NCBI GenBank assembly: GCA_050746205.1
Contig: JBOGKW010000001.1
Coordinates: 203 to 64,202, forward strand
Direction: 5' to 3'
Length of the DNA: 64,000 nt
Source: Terriglobales bacterium
GTDB lineage: Bacteria > Acidobacteriota > Terriglobia > Terriglobales > SCQP01
This document shows positions 37,365 through 46,547 of the stretch, piece after piece (position 1 is the first letter of the stretch; each line of letters starts with the position of its first letter). The translations under genes and the position numbers were made by a program. The notes below the pieces were generated by a model. It was given only the letters and a program-made list of their open reading frames with translations. It was not told the origin of the DNA and did not search any database.

Positions 37365-38777
37365 ATGGGAACGTTTTGGCGCCTCCGGATCGCCGGCGGC
37401 AGCATCATCATCTGCCTGCTGGCCGTATGGGCCATGGCCGCCGTGCCGCCACCGGCGGCGAGCGGCGGCAATTTAACCCTGGCGCAGGCGGTGCGGCGAG
37501 CGCTGGCGTATTACCCGACCGCCTTGGCGGCGGCGCGCAACGCGGCGGCGGCGCAGGCGCAGGTGGGGGTCGCCAAGACCAGCTATCTGCCGGTGATGGG
37601 GCTGACGGCGCAATTCGACCGGGCCACGGATAATGCGGTGCTGGGCCTGTCGTTCCCCAGCCCATTGCCCTCGATCAGCGGCACCGTTCCCCCCAAGGAC
37701 TACTTTGGCGATTCCGCCTGGAGCAGCGCCGCGGGGTTGTATTTCAACTGGGAGTTCTTCGACTTTGGCCGCCGCGCCGCCAATGTGCATTTTTACCGGG
37801 ACCTGGCGGCGCAGGCGTCCGAGCAGGAACAATACGTGCGGCTGCAAGTGGCGGCGCATGCGGCGGATGCGTTCCTGAACGTGCTGGCGGCGCAGGCGCA
37901 GCAGAGCGTGGCCATGGCCGATGTGGGCCGCTGGCGCACGGTGGACCAGATCGTACGGGTGCTGGTGGGGCAACAACTGCGGCCGGGGGCCGATGCCTCG
38001 CGGGCAGACGCGGAGCTGGCCGGGGCGCGCATCCAGCTGGCCGGGGCGGAGCAGACGGTGCTGCGGGCCGACGCGGCACTGCGGGAGGCGGTGGGGGGCG
38101 CGGCGCTGCCGCAGTTGGACAGCGGGCTTTTGGCGGCGGCGCCGGAGGCGGCCCCACCCAGCGGGCCGGCGGCGCCGCAACACCCGGAAGCCTTGGCCCA
38201 GCAGCAGGCCGTCGCAGCCAGCCAGCAGCAGGGCAAAGAGCTGGCGGTCGCCGACCGGCCGCGCTTTTACATGCTGGGCGCGGCGTTTGGGCGGGGCACC
38301 GGAGTGCTGGCGCCGGGGCAATTGGCCGGCGGCCTGAACGGCCTGTCGCCCACCGGCGCGGGCAACTGGGCGGTGGGCGGGGCGGTGGATTTTTCCTTTA
38401 CCCGGCTGGCGCAGGTGCGGCAACAGCGGGCGGTGCAGCGCCAGCAGTTGGCCGCCGCCCAGGACCGCTACACGCTGGTGCTGGCGCAACTAGACGAGGT
38501 GCGGCGGCAGGCGGCGGCGGACTTGGCCGCGGCACGGCAGGTGGCCCAGGAGTCGCCCATCGAGCTGCAAGCCGCCCAGACCGGCGAGGCGCAGGCGCGG
38601 GCCCGCTATCAGGCCGGGTTGTCCGACATTGTGGATTTGGCGAACGCCGAGCAACTGCTGGCACGGGCGCAGAGCGATGACGCGCTGAGCCGGCTGCAGG
38701 TGTGGCGGGGCTGGCTGGAGACGGGTTACGCCAAGGGCGATCTGCAACCTTTTTTGCGCGCCGTCGGAGGCTATTAA
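37365..38777 (+). CDS. TolC-family outer membrane efflux protein
   Basis: The ATG at 37365 is preceded by GAGGAGAG. It has a signal peptide (MGTFWRLRIAGGSIIICLLAVWAMA) and the TolC repeat pattern. Its stop codon abuts the RND gene start (TAAATG). Confidence 0.85.
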   Translation: MGTFWRLRIAGGSIIICLLAVWAMAAVPPPAASGGNLTLAQAVRRALAYYPTALAAARNAAAAQAQVGVAKTSYLPVMGLTAQFDRATDNAVLGLSFPSPLPSISGTVPPKDYFGDSAWSSAAGLYFNWEFFDFGRRAANVHFYRDLAAQASEQEQYVRLQVAAHAADAFLNVLAAQAQQSVAMADVGRWRTVDQIVRVLVGQQLRPGADASRADAELAGARIQLAGAEQTVLRADAALREAVGGAALPQLDSGLLAAAPEAAPPSGPAAPQHPEALAQQQAVAASQQQGKELAVADRPRFYMLGAAFGRGTGVLAPGQLAGGLNGLSPTGAGNWAVGGAVDFSFTRLAQVRQQRAVQRQQLAAAQDRYTLVLAQLDEVRRQAAADLAAARQVAQESPIELQAAQTGEAQARARYQAGLSDIVDLANAEQLLARAQSDDALSRLQVWRGWLETGYAKGDLQPFLRAVGGY

Positions 38778-41700
38778 ATGAGGATGATCGCGGCTGCGCT
38801 ACGGCGGCCTTTCACGGTGTTGGTGCTGGCGGTGGTCGTGGTGGGGGCGGCGGTGCTGGCCGTCTCCCGCATGTCCATTGACGTCTTTCCCACCCTGGAC
38901 ATGCCGGTGCTCTATGTTGCCCAGCCCTACGGCGGCATGGCGCCGGCGGAGATGGAAGGCTACATCGTCAACTACTACGAGACCAATTTCCTCTACATCT
39001 CCGGCGTGGATCACATGGAGTCCCGTTCGATTCAGAACATGGGGCTCATCAAGCTGACTTTTCATCCCGGCACGGACATGGATCAGGCCGTGGCGGAGAC
39101 GGCGGCTTATGTGCAGCGCTCGCTAGCCTACATGCCGAAGGGCATTGTGCCGCCCTTCATCATGCGCTTCGACGCCGGCAGCGTGCCGGTGGGCGATTTG
39201 GTGCTCTCCAGCCGCACCGAATCCCAGGGCCAGTTGGACGACTTGGCCCAGATACGGATCCGGCCGATGTTCGCCGGCCTGGCCGGGGTGTCGGCGCCGC
39301 CGCCGTTTGGCGGCAATCCGCGCAGCATCATTGTCAGCATCAATCCCGACCGGTTGGCGGCGCAGGGGCTCTCGCTGGACGACGTGGTACAGGCCATCGC
39401 CAATGGCAACGCGGTGCTGCCCAGCGGCAATGCGCGCATCGGCAAGTGGAACCGCATCGTGCGCGTCAACACCGTGGTGCCCGCCTACCAGGACTTGACG
39501 GATTTGCCCCTGCGCAGCCGCTACGGCCCGATGATCCGGCTGGGGGACATCGCCACCATCGCCGACGCCGCCGACGTGGTCAGCGGCTACGCCGAATTGA
39601 ACGGGCGGCGGGTGGTTTACATCCCGGTCACCAAGCACGCCGACGCCTCCACGCTGCGGGTGGTCAGCGAGGTCAAGGCGGAGTTGCCGGAGATGCGGCA
39701 GCAACTGCCGCGCGACGTCCAGGTGCACTTCGCCTTTGACCAGTCGGTGTACGTGCGCAACGCCCTGCAGGTGCTGCTGACCGAGGGGCTGCTGGGCGCG
39801 CTGCTCACGGGCCTGGTGGTTTGGTTGTTTTTGCGCGATGCCCGGAGTTCGCTGATCGTGGTGACGGTCATTCCCTTCGCCTTGCTGGCGGCAGTGGCGG
39901 GGTTATGGGCCTTTGGCCAAAGCCTGAACATCATGACTCTGGGCGGGCTGGCGCTGGCTATCGGCATTTTGGTGGATGAGGCTACGGTGGCGGTGGAAAA
40001 CATTCACACCCACCTGGCCCGCGGGGCCAAGCCGGCGCGGGCGGCGCTGGCGGCGACGCGGGAGATCTTCTTGCCGCAGTTGCTGGCCATGCTGTGCGTG
40101 GCGGCGGTGTTTTTGCCGGCGTTCTTCATGACCGGCATCAGCCGTTCGCTCTTTATTCCCCTGGCGCTGGCCGTGGGGCTGGCGATGGGGGCGTCGTTCG
40201 TGCTGTCCAACACGCTGGTGCCGCTGCTGTCGGTGCTGCTGCTGCGGCATCACCATGGGCCCGCAGTGGCGCCGGAAGGGGTGGTGCCGGGGCGGCGCCC
40301 CTCGCCGCTGGAGCGGCTGCGGCAGGGCGTTCTGCGCTGGACGGCGCGGCTGGCGCCGCGGGCAAAGTGGGCGGTGGCGGTTTATCTGGTGGGTTGCCTG
40401 GCGCTGATCGCCACCTTCGTCCGCGCCGACGGCACCGATCTGTTCCCGCAGGCCAACACCGGCGAGTTCCAGGTGCGGCTGCGGGCGCCAACGGGCACGC
40501 GGCTGAAGCTGACGGAGCAGTTGTACAACCAGGCGCTGGGGCTGGTTGAGCGGGAGGCGGGGCCGGGGAATGTGGAGACGAGCCTGGGCTTCGTCGGGAC
40601 GCAGCCACGGTCGTACCCCATCAACACGATTTATTTGTGGACCAGTGGGCCGGAGGAGGCGGTGATGCAGGTGGCGCTGCGGCGCGGCTCCGGCATCAAG
40701 CTTTTGCCCTTCGAGGACCACCTGCGGCAGGCGTTCGCGCGCGAGATGCCGGACGTGACGATCTCATTCGAGGCGGGCGACATCATCGGCAAGATCATGA
40801 ATCTGGGGGCGCCGGCGCCGATCGCGGTGAACGTGACGGGGTTCCATTTGCAGCAGGACCAGGCCTACGCCCGCCAGGTGCGGGCAGCGCTGCGGCGCAT
40901 TCCGGCGCTGCGGGACGTGCAGTTTGAGCAGTCGGGCGCCTATCCGGCAGTGCTGATCAACGTGGACCGGGAGCGGGCGGCGGAGTTGGGCCTTTCGTTG
41001 GCGGCGATCGGCCGATCGCTGACCGAGGCCACCGCCTCCAGCCGCTTCGTGGCCCGGGACTTTTGGCAGAACCCGGCCACCGGCGTGACCTATCAGGTGC
41101 AGGCGCTGTATCCGCCGAGCGAGGTCAACAGCCTGGACGCGCTGCGCACCATGTCCTTGAAGACCGCGCCGGCGCGGGCGGTGGGGGCGGACGGGAATGG
41201 GGCGACGCGGGCGGTGGAACTGGGCGATGTGGCCCGGCTGGACTTCGGAACCGTCGAGGAGGAATACGACCACTACAACATGCAGCGGGTGATGACCGTG
41301 ACCGCCAACGTGCAGACGGGCAGCTTGGGCGATGCCGCCCAGGCGGTGCGGGCGGCGCTGGCGGAGTTGCCGCCGCCGCCGCGCGGGGTGCGAGTGGCGC
41401 TGCTGGGGCAGGTGCAGCCGATGGAGCAGACGCTGGCCGGCCTGCGCGGCGGGTTGCTGCTGGCGGTGGCGGTCATCCTGCTGCTGATGACGGCCAGCTT
41501 CCAGAGCTGGCGGCTGGCCTTGGCGGTGGTCTCGGCCGTGCCGGCGCTGCTGGTGGGGGTGCTGGTGTCGCTGTATTTGTTTGGCTCGACACTGAACATC
41601 GAGTCCTTCATGGGGGCGATCATGACCATCGGCATCGCCGTGGCCAACGGGATTTTGCTGATCACGATGGCGGAGCAGGCGCGGCGGCGGCGGCAAGCCG

Positions 41701-42065
41701 AATGGCGGGCCGAGGCGGCGCGGGACGGAGCCGCGCCGGCGGAGAGCCAGGAGGCCGGCCGGCGCGCGCGTGCGGCGCTGGCGGCGGCGGGGGAGGGGGC
41801 GGGCGTGCGGTTGCGGCCCATCTTGATGACCGCCGCGGCGATGATCGCAGGCATGATCCCGATGGCGCTATCGCTGGAGGCGGGCGGCGAGCAGTCGGCC
41901 CCGCTCGGGCAGGCGGTCATCGGCGGGCTGGCGGCGGCCACGCTGGCCACGCTGCTGATCATGCCGGCGGTGTTCCTCCTGCTGCAACGAAAGCAATCGG
42001 ACGCGACGCCCTCGTTGGATCCGGAGGATCCCGAGAGCCGGGAGTTCGAGGAGGCGGAGGCATGA
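38778..42065 (+). CDS. AcrB/AcrD/AcrF-family RND efflux permease
   Basis: 1095 aa with a typical RND N-terminus (...RPFTVLVLAVVVVGAAVLAVSRMSIDVFPTLDMPVLYV...) and twelve-TM layout. Confidence 0.95.
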   Translation: MRMIAAALRRPFTVLVLAVVVVGAAVLAVSRMSIDVFPTLDMPVLYVAQPYGGMAPAEMEGYIVNYYETNFLYISGVDHMESRSIQNMGLIKLTFHPGTDMDQAVAETAAYVQRSLAYMPKGIVPPFIMRFDAGSVPVGDLVLSSRTESQGQLDDLAQIRIRPMFAGLAGVSAPPPFGGNPRSIIVSINPDRLAAQGLSLDDVVQAIANGNAVLPSGNARIGKWNRIVRVNTVVPAYQDLTDLPLRSRYGPMIRLGDIATIADAADVVSGYAELNGRRVVYIPVTKHADASTLRVVSEVKAELPEMRQQLPRDVQVHFAFDQSVYVRNALQVLLTEGLLGALLTGLVVWLFLRDARSSLIVVTVIPFALLAAVAGLWAFGQSLNIMTLGGLALAIGILVDEATVAVENIHTHLARGAKPARAALAATREIFLPQLLAMLCVAAVFLPAFFMTGISRSLFIPLALAVGLAMGASFVLSNTLVPLLSVLLLRHHHGPAVAPEGVVPGRRPSPLERLRQGVLRWTARLAPRAKWAVAVYLVGCLALIATFVRADGTDLFPQANTGEFQVRLRAPTGTRLKLTEQLYNQALGLVEREAGPGNVETSLGFVGTQPRSYPINTIYLWTSGPEEAVMQVALRRGSGIKLLPFEDHLRQAFAREMPDVTISFEAGDIIGKIMNLGAPAPIAVNVTGFHLQQDQAYARQVRAALRRIPALRDVQFEQSGAYPAVLINVDRERAAELGLSLAAIGRSLTEATASSRFVARDFWQNPATGVTYQVQALYPPSEVNSLDALRTMSLKTAPARAVGADGNGATRAVELGDVARLDFGTVEEEYDHYNMQRVMTVTANVQTGSLGDAAQAVRAALAELPPPPRGVRVALLGQVQPMEQTLAGLRGGLLLAVAVILLLMTASFQSWRLALAVVSAVPALLVGVLVSLYLFGSTLNIESFMGAIMTIGIAVANGILLITMAEQARRRRQAEWRAEAARDGAAPAESQEAGRRARAALAAAGEGAGVRLRPILMTAAAMIAGMIPMALSLEAGGEQSAPLGQAVIGGLAAATLATLLIMPAVFLLLQRKQSDATPSLDPEDPESREFEEAEA

Positions 42066-42126
42066 GCGGGCAGGCGAGGACGCCATGCATCGGATGGCGG
42101 CGGGGCGGACGGAAAGGATCTCGGCA

Positions 42127-43320
42127 ATGGGCATGAGAACGCGAAATCGGCGGTGGAGTGGGGCGGGGCTGGCGGCAGGGCTGATGTTGGCGCTGGCGGC
42201 GCTGGCCGGCGGCTTGGGCGGATGCAGCGCGCACGGCGGCCACACAGTGCGAGCGGCGGAAGCCAGCCTGCCGCCGCTGGTGGCTACGGCGCCCGTGCGG
42301 CGGGAGCGGCCGCGGCTGAGCACCGACCTGCCAGCGGAGTTGGACCCGTATCAGGATGTGGTCCTGCGGGCGCGCGTGCCCGGGTTTGTGGCCCGTCTCT
42401 ACGCCGACCGCGGTACGCGGGTGCGGGCTGGACAACTGCTGGCGACGATTGAGGCGCCGGATCTGGTGGCCAAGGTGGGCCAAGCGGAGCAGCAGTTGAG
42501 CGCGGCGCGGGCGCAGCGGGCCGAGGCGCAGGCGGCGCTGGCCCGGGACCAGGCGACGCTGCAGCGGCTGAGCGGCGCGGCGCAGGCCATGCCCGGAGCG
42601 GTGGCCGGCAACGACATCACGGTGGCGCAGCAGACGGTGAAGATGGACGCGGCGCAGTCGCAGTCCCGCGCCGCGGCCGAGGCGGCGGCGCAAAAAGCCC
42701 TACAGTCGGTGACGGCGCTGGAGCAATACCTCCAGGTGCGGGCGCCGTTCTCCGGCATGGTGGTGACGCGCATGATCTCCGCGGGGGCGCTGGTGGGACC
42801 GGGAGGCGTGCCGATGTTCGAGGTCCAGCAGTTGGATCCCCTGCGGCTGACCGTGGATGTGCCGGAGGCCGAGGTGGGGGGCGCGGCGATCGGCGACCGC
42901 GTCGCCTTCACCGTCACTAGCGCACCGGGGCGCACGTTCACCGCGGTGGTGGCGCGCATCGCCCACAGCCTGTTGCCGCAGACCCGCACCATGCCGGTCG
43001 AGGCCGACGCCGCCAACCCGCAGTTGGTATTGGCGCCGGGGATGTTCGCCCGGGTGCTCTGGCCGGTGCAGCGGCGGCAGCCGACGTTGTATGTGCCGAC
43101 GACGGCGGTTCTGGACACCACGTTGGGCCAGAGCGTCGAGGTGGTACGCAACGGGAAAATCGCCATGGTGCCGGTGACAACGGGCTTCACCGACGGCGCG
43201 CAGATGGAGGTCTTCGGGCCACTGCAGCCGGGCGATCCGGTGGTCACGCCGGGGGACAAGACGCTGGCTGCGGGGTCGGCGGTGCGGGTCGCCGCCAGCG
43301 GCGCTGGCACCGGGTCGTAG
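42127..43320 (+). CDS. Efflux RND periplasmic adaptor subunit (lipoprotein)
   Basis: Lipobox LAGGLGGC and an adaptor hairpin (...EAPDLVAKVGQAEQQLSAARAQRAEAQAALARDQATLQRL...). The start is ambiguous (42085, 42094, 42127 or 42133). Confidence 0.85.
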   Translation: MGMRTRNRRWSGAGLAAGLMLALAALAGGLGGCSAHGGHTVRAAEASLPPLVATAPVRRERPRLSTDLPAELDPYQDVVLRARVPGFVARLYADRGTRVRAGQLLATIEAPDLVAKVGQAEQQLSAARAQRAEAQAALARDQATLQRLSGAAQAMPGAVAGNDITVAQQTVKMDAAQSQSRAAAEAAAQKALQSVTALEQYLQVRAPFSGMVVTRMISAGALVGPGGVPMFEVQQLDPLRLTVDVPEAEVGGAAIGDRVAFTVTSAPGRTFTAVVARIAHSLLPQTRTMPVEADAANPQLVLAPGMFARVLWPVQRRQPTLYVPTTAVLDTTLGQSVEVVRNGKIAMVPVTTGFTDGAQMEVFGPLQPGDPVVTPGDKTLAAGSAVRVAASGAGTGS

Positions 43321-43399
43321 CGGACCGCCTGGAGTCGGCTGGCCGGCAGCGCTCAGGCGTTTCCAGCCGCCACGGGACACACGTCCCCCACCTCAAAAT

Positions 43400-43509
43400 G
43401 GCAGCCGAGACGGCTGCCCTACGGGAGCAGCGCGTAGAACAGGCGTCCTCGCCTGTCTGAGTGTAAAACAGGCATTCCGCCCGTCTGCCTCCGATGAGGC
43501 CGTTTCGCC
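43400..43509 (+). repeat. Intergenic array of GC-rich hairpin modules (REP-like), copy A
   Basis: Modules in order: GGCAGCCG-AGA-CGGCTGCC+CTACGGGAGCA, ACAGGCG-TCCT-CGCCTGT+CT, AACAGGCATTCCGCCCGTCTGCC and TCCGATGAGGCCGTTTCGCC. The same modules occur at 49429-49523 in inverted orientation and in a different order. Confidence 0.55.
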
Positions 43510-43756
43510 GCGGCCCGATTGCGCCGGGCCGCGCGCCTCGTTCGCCGCCTCCGCTAGGGGGTTTTCGACCGTGTCATCAGGCCTTTCGCGGCGGCGGGTG
43601 AGTGAGAATCGCCGCCTCTCATGAGCGAGAGTTTGCGCCTCTTTTGCCGGGAATGCCCGAGCCGAAACGGGCCAGAGAACGAGTAACTTCCGAACAACGC
43701 TGCGTTGAGCCGCGCGCCGTTCGCGGCGCGGGCGCTGCCATTCGGAAGGACTCCGC

Positions 43757-45211
43757 TTGCATTCTCGTTCTCTCTTTTTGCGCCCCTTGGGGGGCGTCGC
43801 GCTGGGCCTGCTGTGTTTCACCTTTGGATGCGGGGGCGGCGTTGGCGCCGCGGCCAAGACGCGGCCGAGTTCCGGGGTCAGCCTCAGCCTTAGCCCCGCC
43901 ACGGTCACGTTGCAACCGGGCGAAAGCAAGTCCTTTACCGCCCAGGTCAGCGGGAGCCAGAACACCGCGCTGGATTGGACCGCAACGGGCGGCACGGTCA
44001 GCGGCAGCGGCACGGCGGGCACCTATACGGCGGGCTCGAACGCTGGCGCCTACGCGGTGATGGTGGCGCTGCCCAGTGGCGCTGGCGGAGCCACCGTTAG
44101 TGCGAAGGCCAGCATCACCATCCAGGCGGCGACGGCGGCGACGGTGACCGTCTCCCCCGCCAGCGCCACGCTGACGCCAGGGCAGACGCAGCAATTCAGC
44201 GCCACGGTCAGTGGCGGCGGCGACAGCACAGTCAGCTGGACCGCGACCGGCGGCAGCATCAGCTCCGCGGGCCTGTTCACGGCCGGCAACAGCGCCGGCA
44301 GCTACACCGTGACGGCCGCCAGCACGGCGGATGGCAGCGCAAAGGGAATGGCGGCGGTGACCATCACGGCGGCGTCCTCCGGCTCCGGTGGCGGCGCTGG
44401 CAGCGGGCAGTTGTTCACCAGTCCGAGTGCTGCTTGGCTGTACAATCCGCCCACCGGCAGCGGCACGGATATCAGCAGCACCACCAGCCAGCTGGGCTTT
44501 TCGCTGAATACCGCGTCCGGCGGTTTCAGCTATCCGGTGCAGTACACCGACGGATCGCACGGGTGCACCACGTTCACCGACACGCTGGAGTACAACTACA
44601 GTGACAAGATCTGCGTGCCCAACCCGGCCAGCGGCTATGACCCCACCACTGGCGGCTGGGGTGCGAACGACGGCCATTTGATCGTGGTGAACACGGCCAA
44701 CCGGACGTACTACGACTTCTGGAAGCTGTACACCGACGGCAACGGGCACCCCACCAGCACCAACGTGGGCAAGATCGCCTCCGGCGACCTGAACACCAGC
44801 AACGGCACGCCCGGCACGACAGCAGCGAACATCACCGGGCTGGCGGGGGACATCCTGCCGGGGGAGCTCGACTGCGCCGACTGCATTCATCACGCGCTGA
44901 ACGTGATCGTGCCGGCCTCGATGGACAGCAATCAATTGGGGCATCAGGGCCCGGTCACGGTGGGCGACGGCCAGGTCAGCGGCGCCATTTTCCGCGAGGG
45001 GGCGAAGATCCGCCTCGACCCCAGCGTTGACGTCAACTCTCTGCCCGTGAGCACGGCGGTGAAGGCCATCATGACCGCGCTGCAGAAATACGGTGGCCTG
45101 ATCACCGACCAGACCGGCGCGAGTGCCATCTGCGTTTACTCGGCGCTGGATTCCCAGCCGGACATGACCGGGCAGAACCTGATCGTGCAGCACCTGCTGA
45201 TCTACTACTAG
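43757..45211 (+). CDS. Lipoprotein with two or three Big_2-like Ig domains and a ~300-aa C-terminal domain of unknown function
   Basis: The TTG start is preceded by GGAAGGA. It has the lipobox LLCFTFGCGG and repeated units (VSLSPATVTLQPGESKSFTAQVSGSQNTALDWTATGGTVS / VTVSPASATLTPGQTQQFSATVSGGGDSTVSWTATGGSIS). I did not recognise the C-terminal domain. Confidence 0.75.
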   Translation: MHSRSLFLRPLGGVALGLLCFTFGCGGGVGAAAKTRPSSGVSLSLSPATVTLQPGESKSFTAQVSGSQNTALDWTATGGTVSGSGTAGTYTAGSNAGAYAVMVALPSGAGGATVSAKASITIQAATAATVTVSPASATLTPGQTQQFSATVSGGGDSTVSWTATGGSISSAGLFTAGNSAGSYTVTAASTADGSAKGMAAVTITAASSGSGGGAGSGQLFTSPSAAWLYNPPTGSGTDISSTTSQLGFSLNTASGGFSYPVQYTDGSHGCTTFTDTLEYNYSDKICVPNPASGYDPTTGGWGANDGHLIVVNTANRTYYDFWKLYTDGNGHPTSTNVGKIASGDLNTSNGTPGTTAANITGLAGDILPGELDCADCIHHALNVIVPASMDSNQLGHQGPVTVGDGQVSGAIFREGAKIRLDPSVDVNSLPVSTAVKAIMTALQKYGGLITDQTGASAICVYSALDSQPDMTGQNLIVQHLLIYY

Positions 45212-45415
45212 GAGCCGGGCTCAAGGGCGCGCGGCGGCGCCCGCCCCAGACACCGCAAGAACTCCCGGCTCGCACCCGACAAACCCGGGAACAACACCGA
45301 CGCCAGCGGGTGCTGGTGTTTCATCGGGGTCGGCACCGGCGAGCCGCCCTCCCCAGTTCCCGGCCCCTGTTTCAAGGGCGACGCTGGGGACGGGGCGTGC
45401 TAGGGTGCTTTCATT

Positions 45416-46114
45416 GTGACTACGCCAAGGGCGCAGACCCGCGCCGATAGAAGCGCCGCCTTCCGGCAGGCTGTCAGGCTCTACAACAGCGGTGAACCCG
45501 CGAATTTCCGGAAGGGCTTCCTGCTCCTCCAGCGGGCCGCCGCGGCGGGGTCCATCGGTGCCCACGAGTGGCTGGGCGCCATGTACGATTACGGCCTTGG
45601 GACCCGTGCGAACCGGCCGAAGGCCTTCCAGCATTACATGATCGCTGCCAAGCGCGGCGATGCTAACGCCGAGTGCCATGTGGGCATTTTCTACGAGATG
45701 GGACGGGGCGTGAGGCGGAACTACCGTGAGTCCAGGCGATGGCTGGCGCTGGCGGCCAGGCAGGGCGACCGCGAGGCCATGCACGTGCTTGGGCGGCTAC
45801 ACCGGTTCGGGCAGGGGGTCCCGCGCAATCTCCAGAGCGGCTACCTGCTGCACCGGCGCGCGGCAAAAATGGGCTGCGCGGAGGCGCAATTTTCGACTAG
45901 AGTGTGCCTGAGCCGCGGCGAGGGCGTACGGGCCAATGCGCGGGCCGCGTTTTATTGGTACTTCCGGGCGGCGCGCCAGGGCCACGCCGACGCGGCGCAC
46001 AACTTGGGCTATTTCTACCGAGAGGGCAAAGGCGTGGCCAAGAATCCGCGCCGCGCCGAGGAGTGGTACGCGCGCGCGCGGCGGTTCGCCGGCGCCGAGC
46101 GTGCGAGGGAGTAG
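45416..46114 (+). CDS. Sel1-like repeat (SLR/TPR-family) protein
   Basis: Five or six repeats of the Sel1 pattern, for example AHEWLGAMYDYGLGTRANRPKAFQHYMIAAKRGDANA, ECHVGIFYEMGRGVRRNYRESRRWLALAARQGDREA and AHNLGYFYREGKGVAKNPRRAEEWY. Confidence 0.85.
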   Translation: MTTPRAQTRADRSAAFRQAVRLYNSGEPANFRKGFLLLQRAAAAGSIGAHEWLGAMYDYGLGTRANRPKAFQHYMIAAKRGDANAECHVGIFYEMGRGVRRNYRESRRWLALAARQGDREAMHVLGRLHRFGQGVPRNLQSGYLLHRRAAKMGCAEAQFSTRVCLSRGEGVRANARAAFYWYFRAARQGHADAAHNLGYFYREGKGVAKNPRRAEEWYARARRFAGAERARE

Positions 46115-46547
46115 CGCTGAAACCGCGCGGGGCTGAGTACGATTTCGGCTTCGAGGGGAGGCGGAGCGATGTCGCGGACGACACACACGTTGGCGCAGAT
46201 GGCCTCGGCCACCGGCCCGGCGCGGCGGTAACATGCATTGCGTGGACAACGCCATACGCCTCGCCGCCACTCGGCGACGATCTGAGTTGCACGGGCGGCG
46301 CCGATCCCTCGCCGCTGCACCTCACCGGCCAGCAGCGCGACAACGAGACCATGGATTCTGAAACCTCCAGGTTGTTCACCTGAGACCGCCAAAAAAGTTG
46401 CGGTCGGCGTGGGCGCTGCGGCCGGAGCAGGTATCCTGATCGAGATACTGAAGGACGCAGGCATCGGCGCGGTGGTCGGGGCGTTGTAAGCCCAACCGGC
46501 CGGGACCGTCGGGCTCCCGAGCCGGCGTCAGCGGAATCTCGTCAGGG

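Noticed and set aside
43619-45193. 524-aa minus-strand ORF opposite the Big_2 lipoprotein gene
   Set aside because: It is a shadow ORF. The plus-strand frame has a lipobox, an RBS and repeated Ig-like units, while the antisense translation is Arg/Gly/Ala junk.
46406-46489. Mini-ORF encoding a glycine-zipper-like peptide (VGAAAGAGILIEILKDAGIGAVVGAL)
   Set aside because: It is only ~27 codons from a GTG, with no RBS, no ATG in frame after the upstream stop at 46283, and mixed third-position bias. The sequence alone cannot support it.
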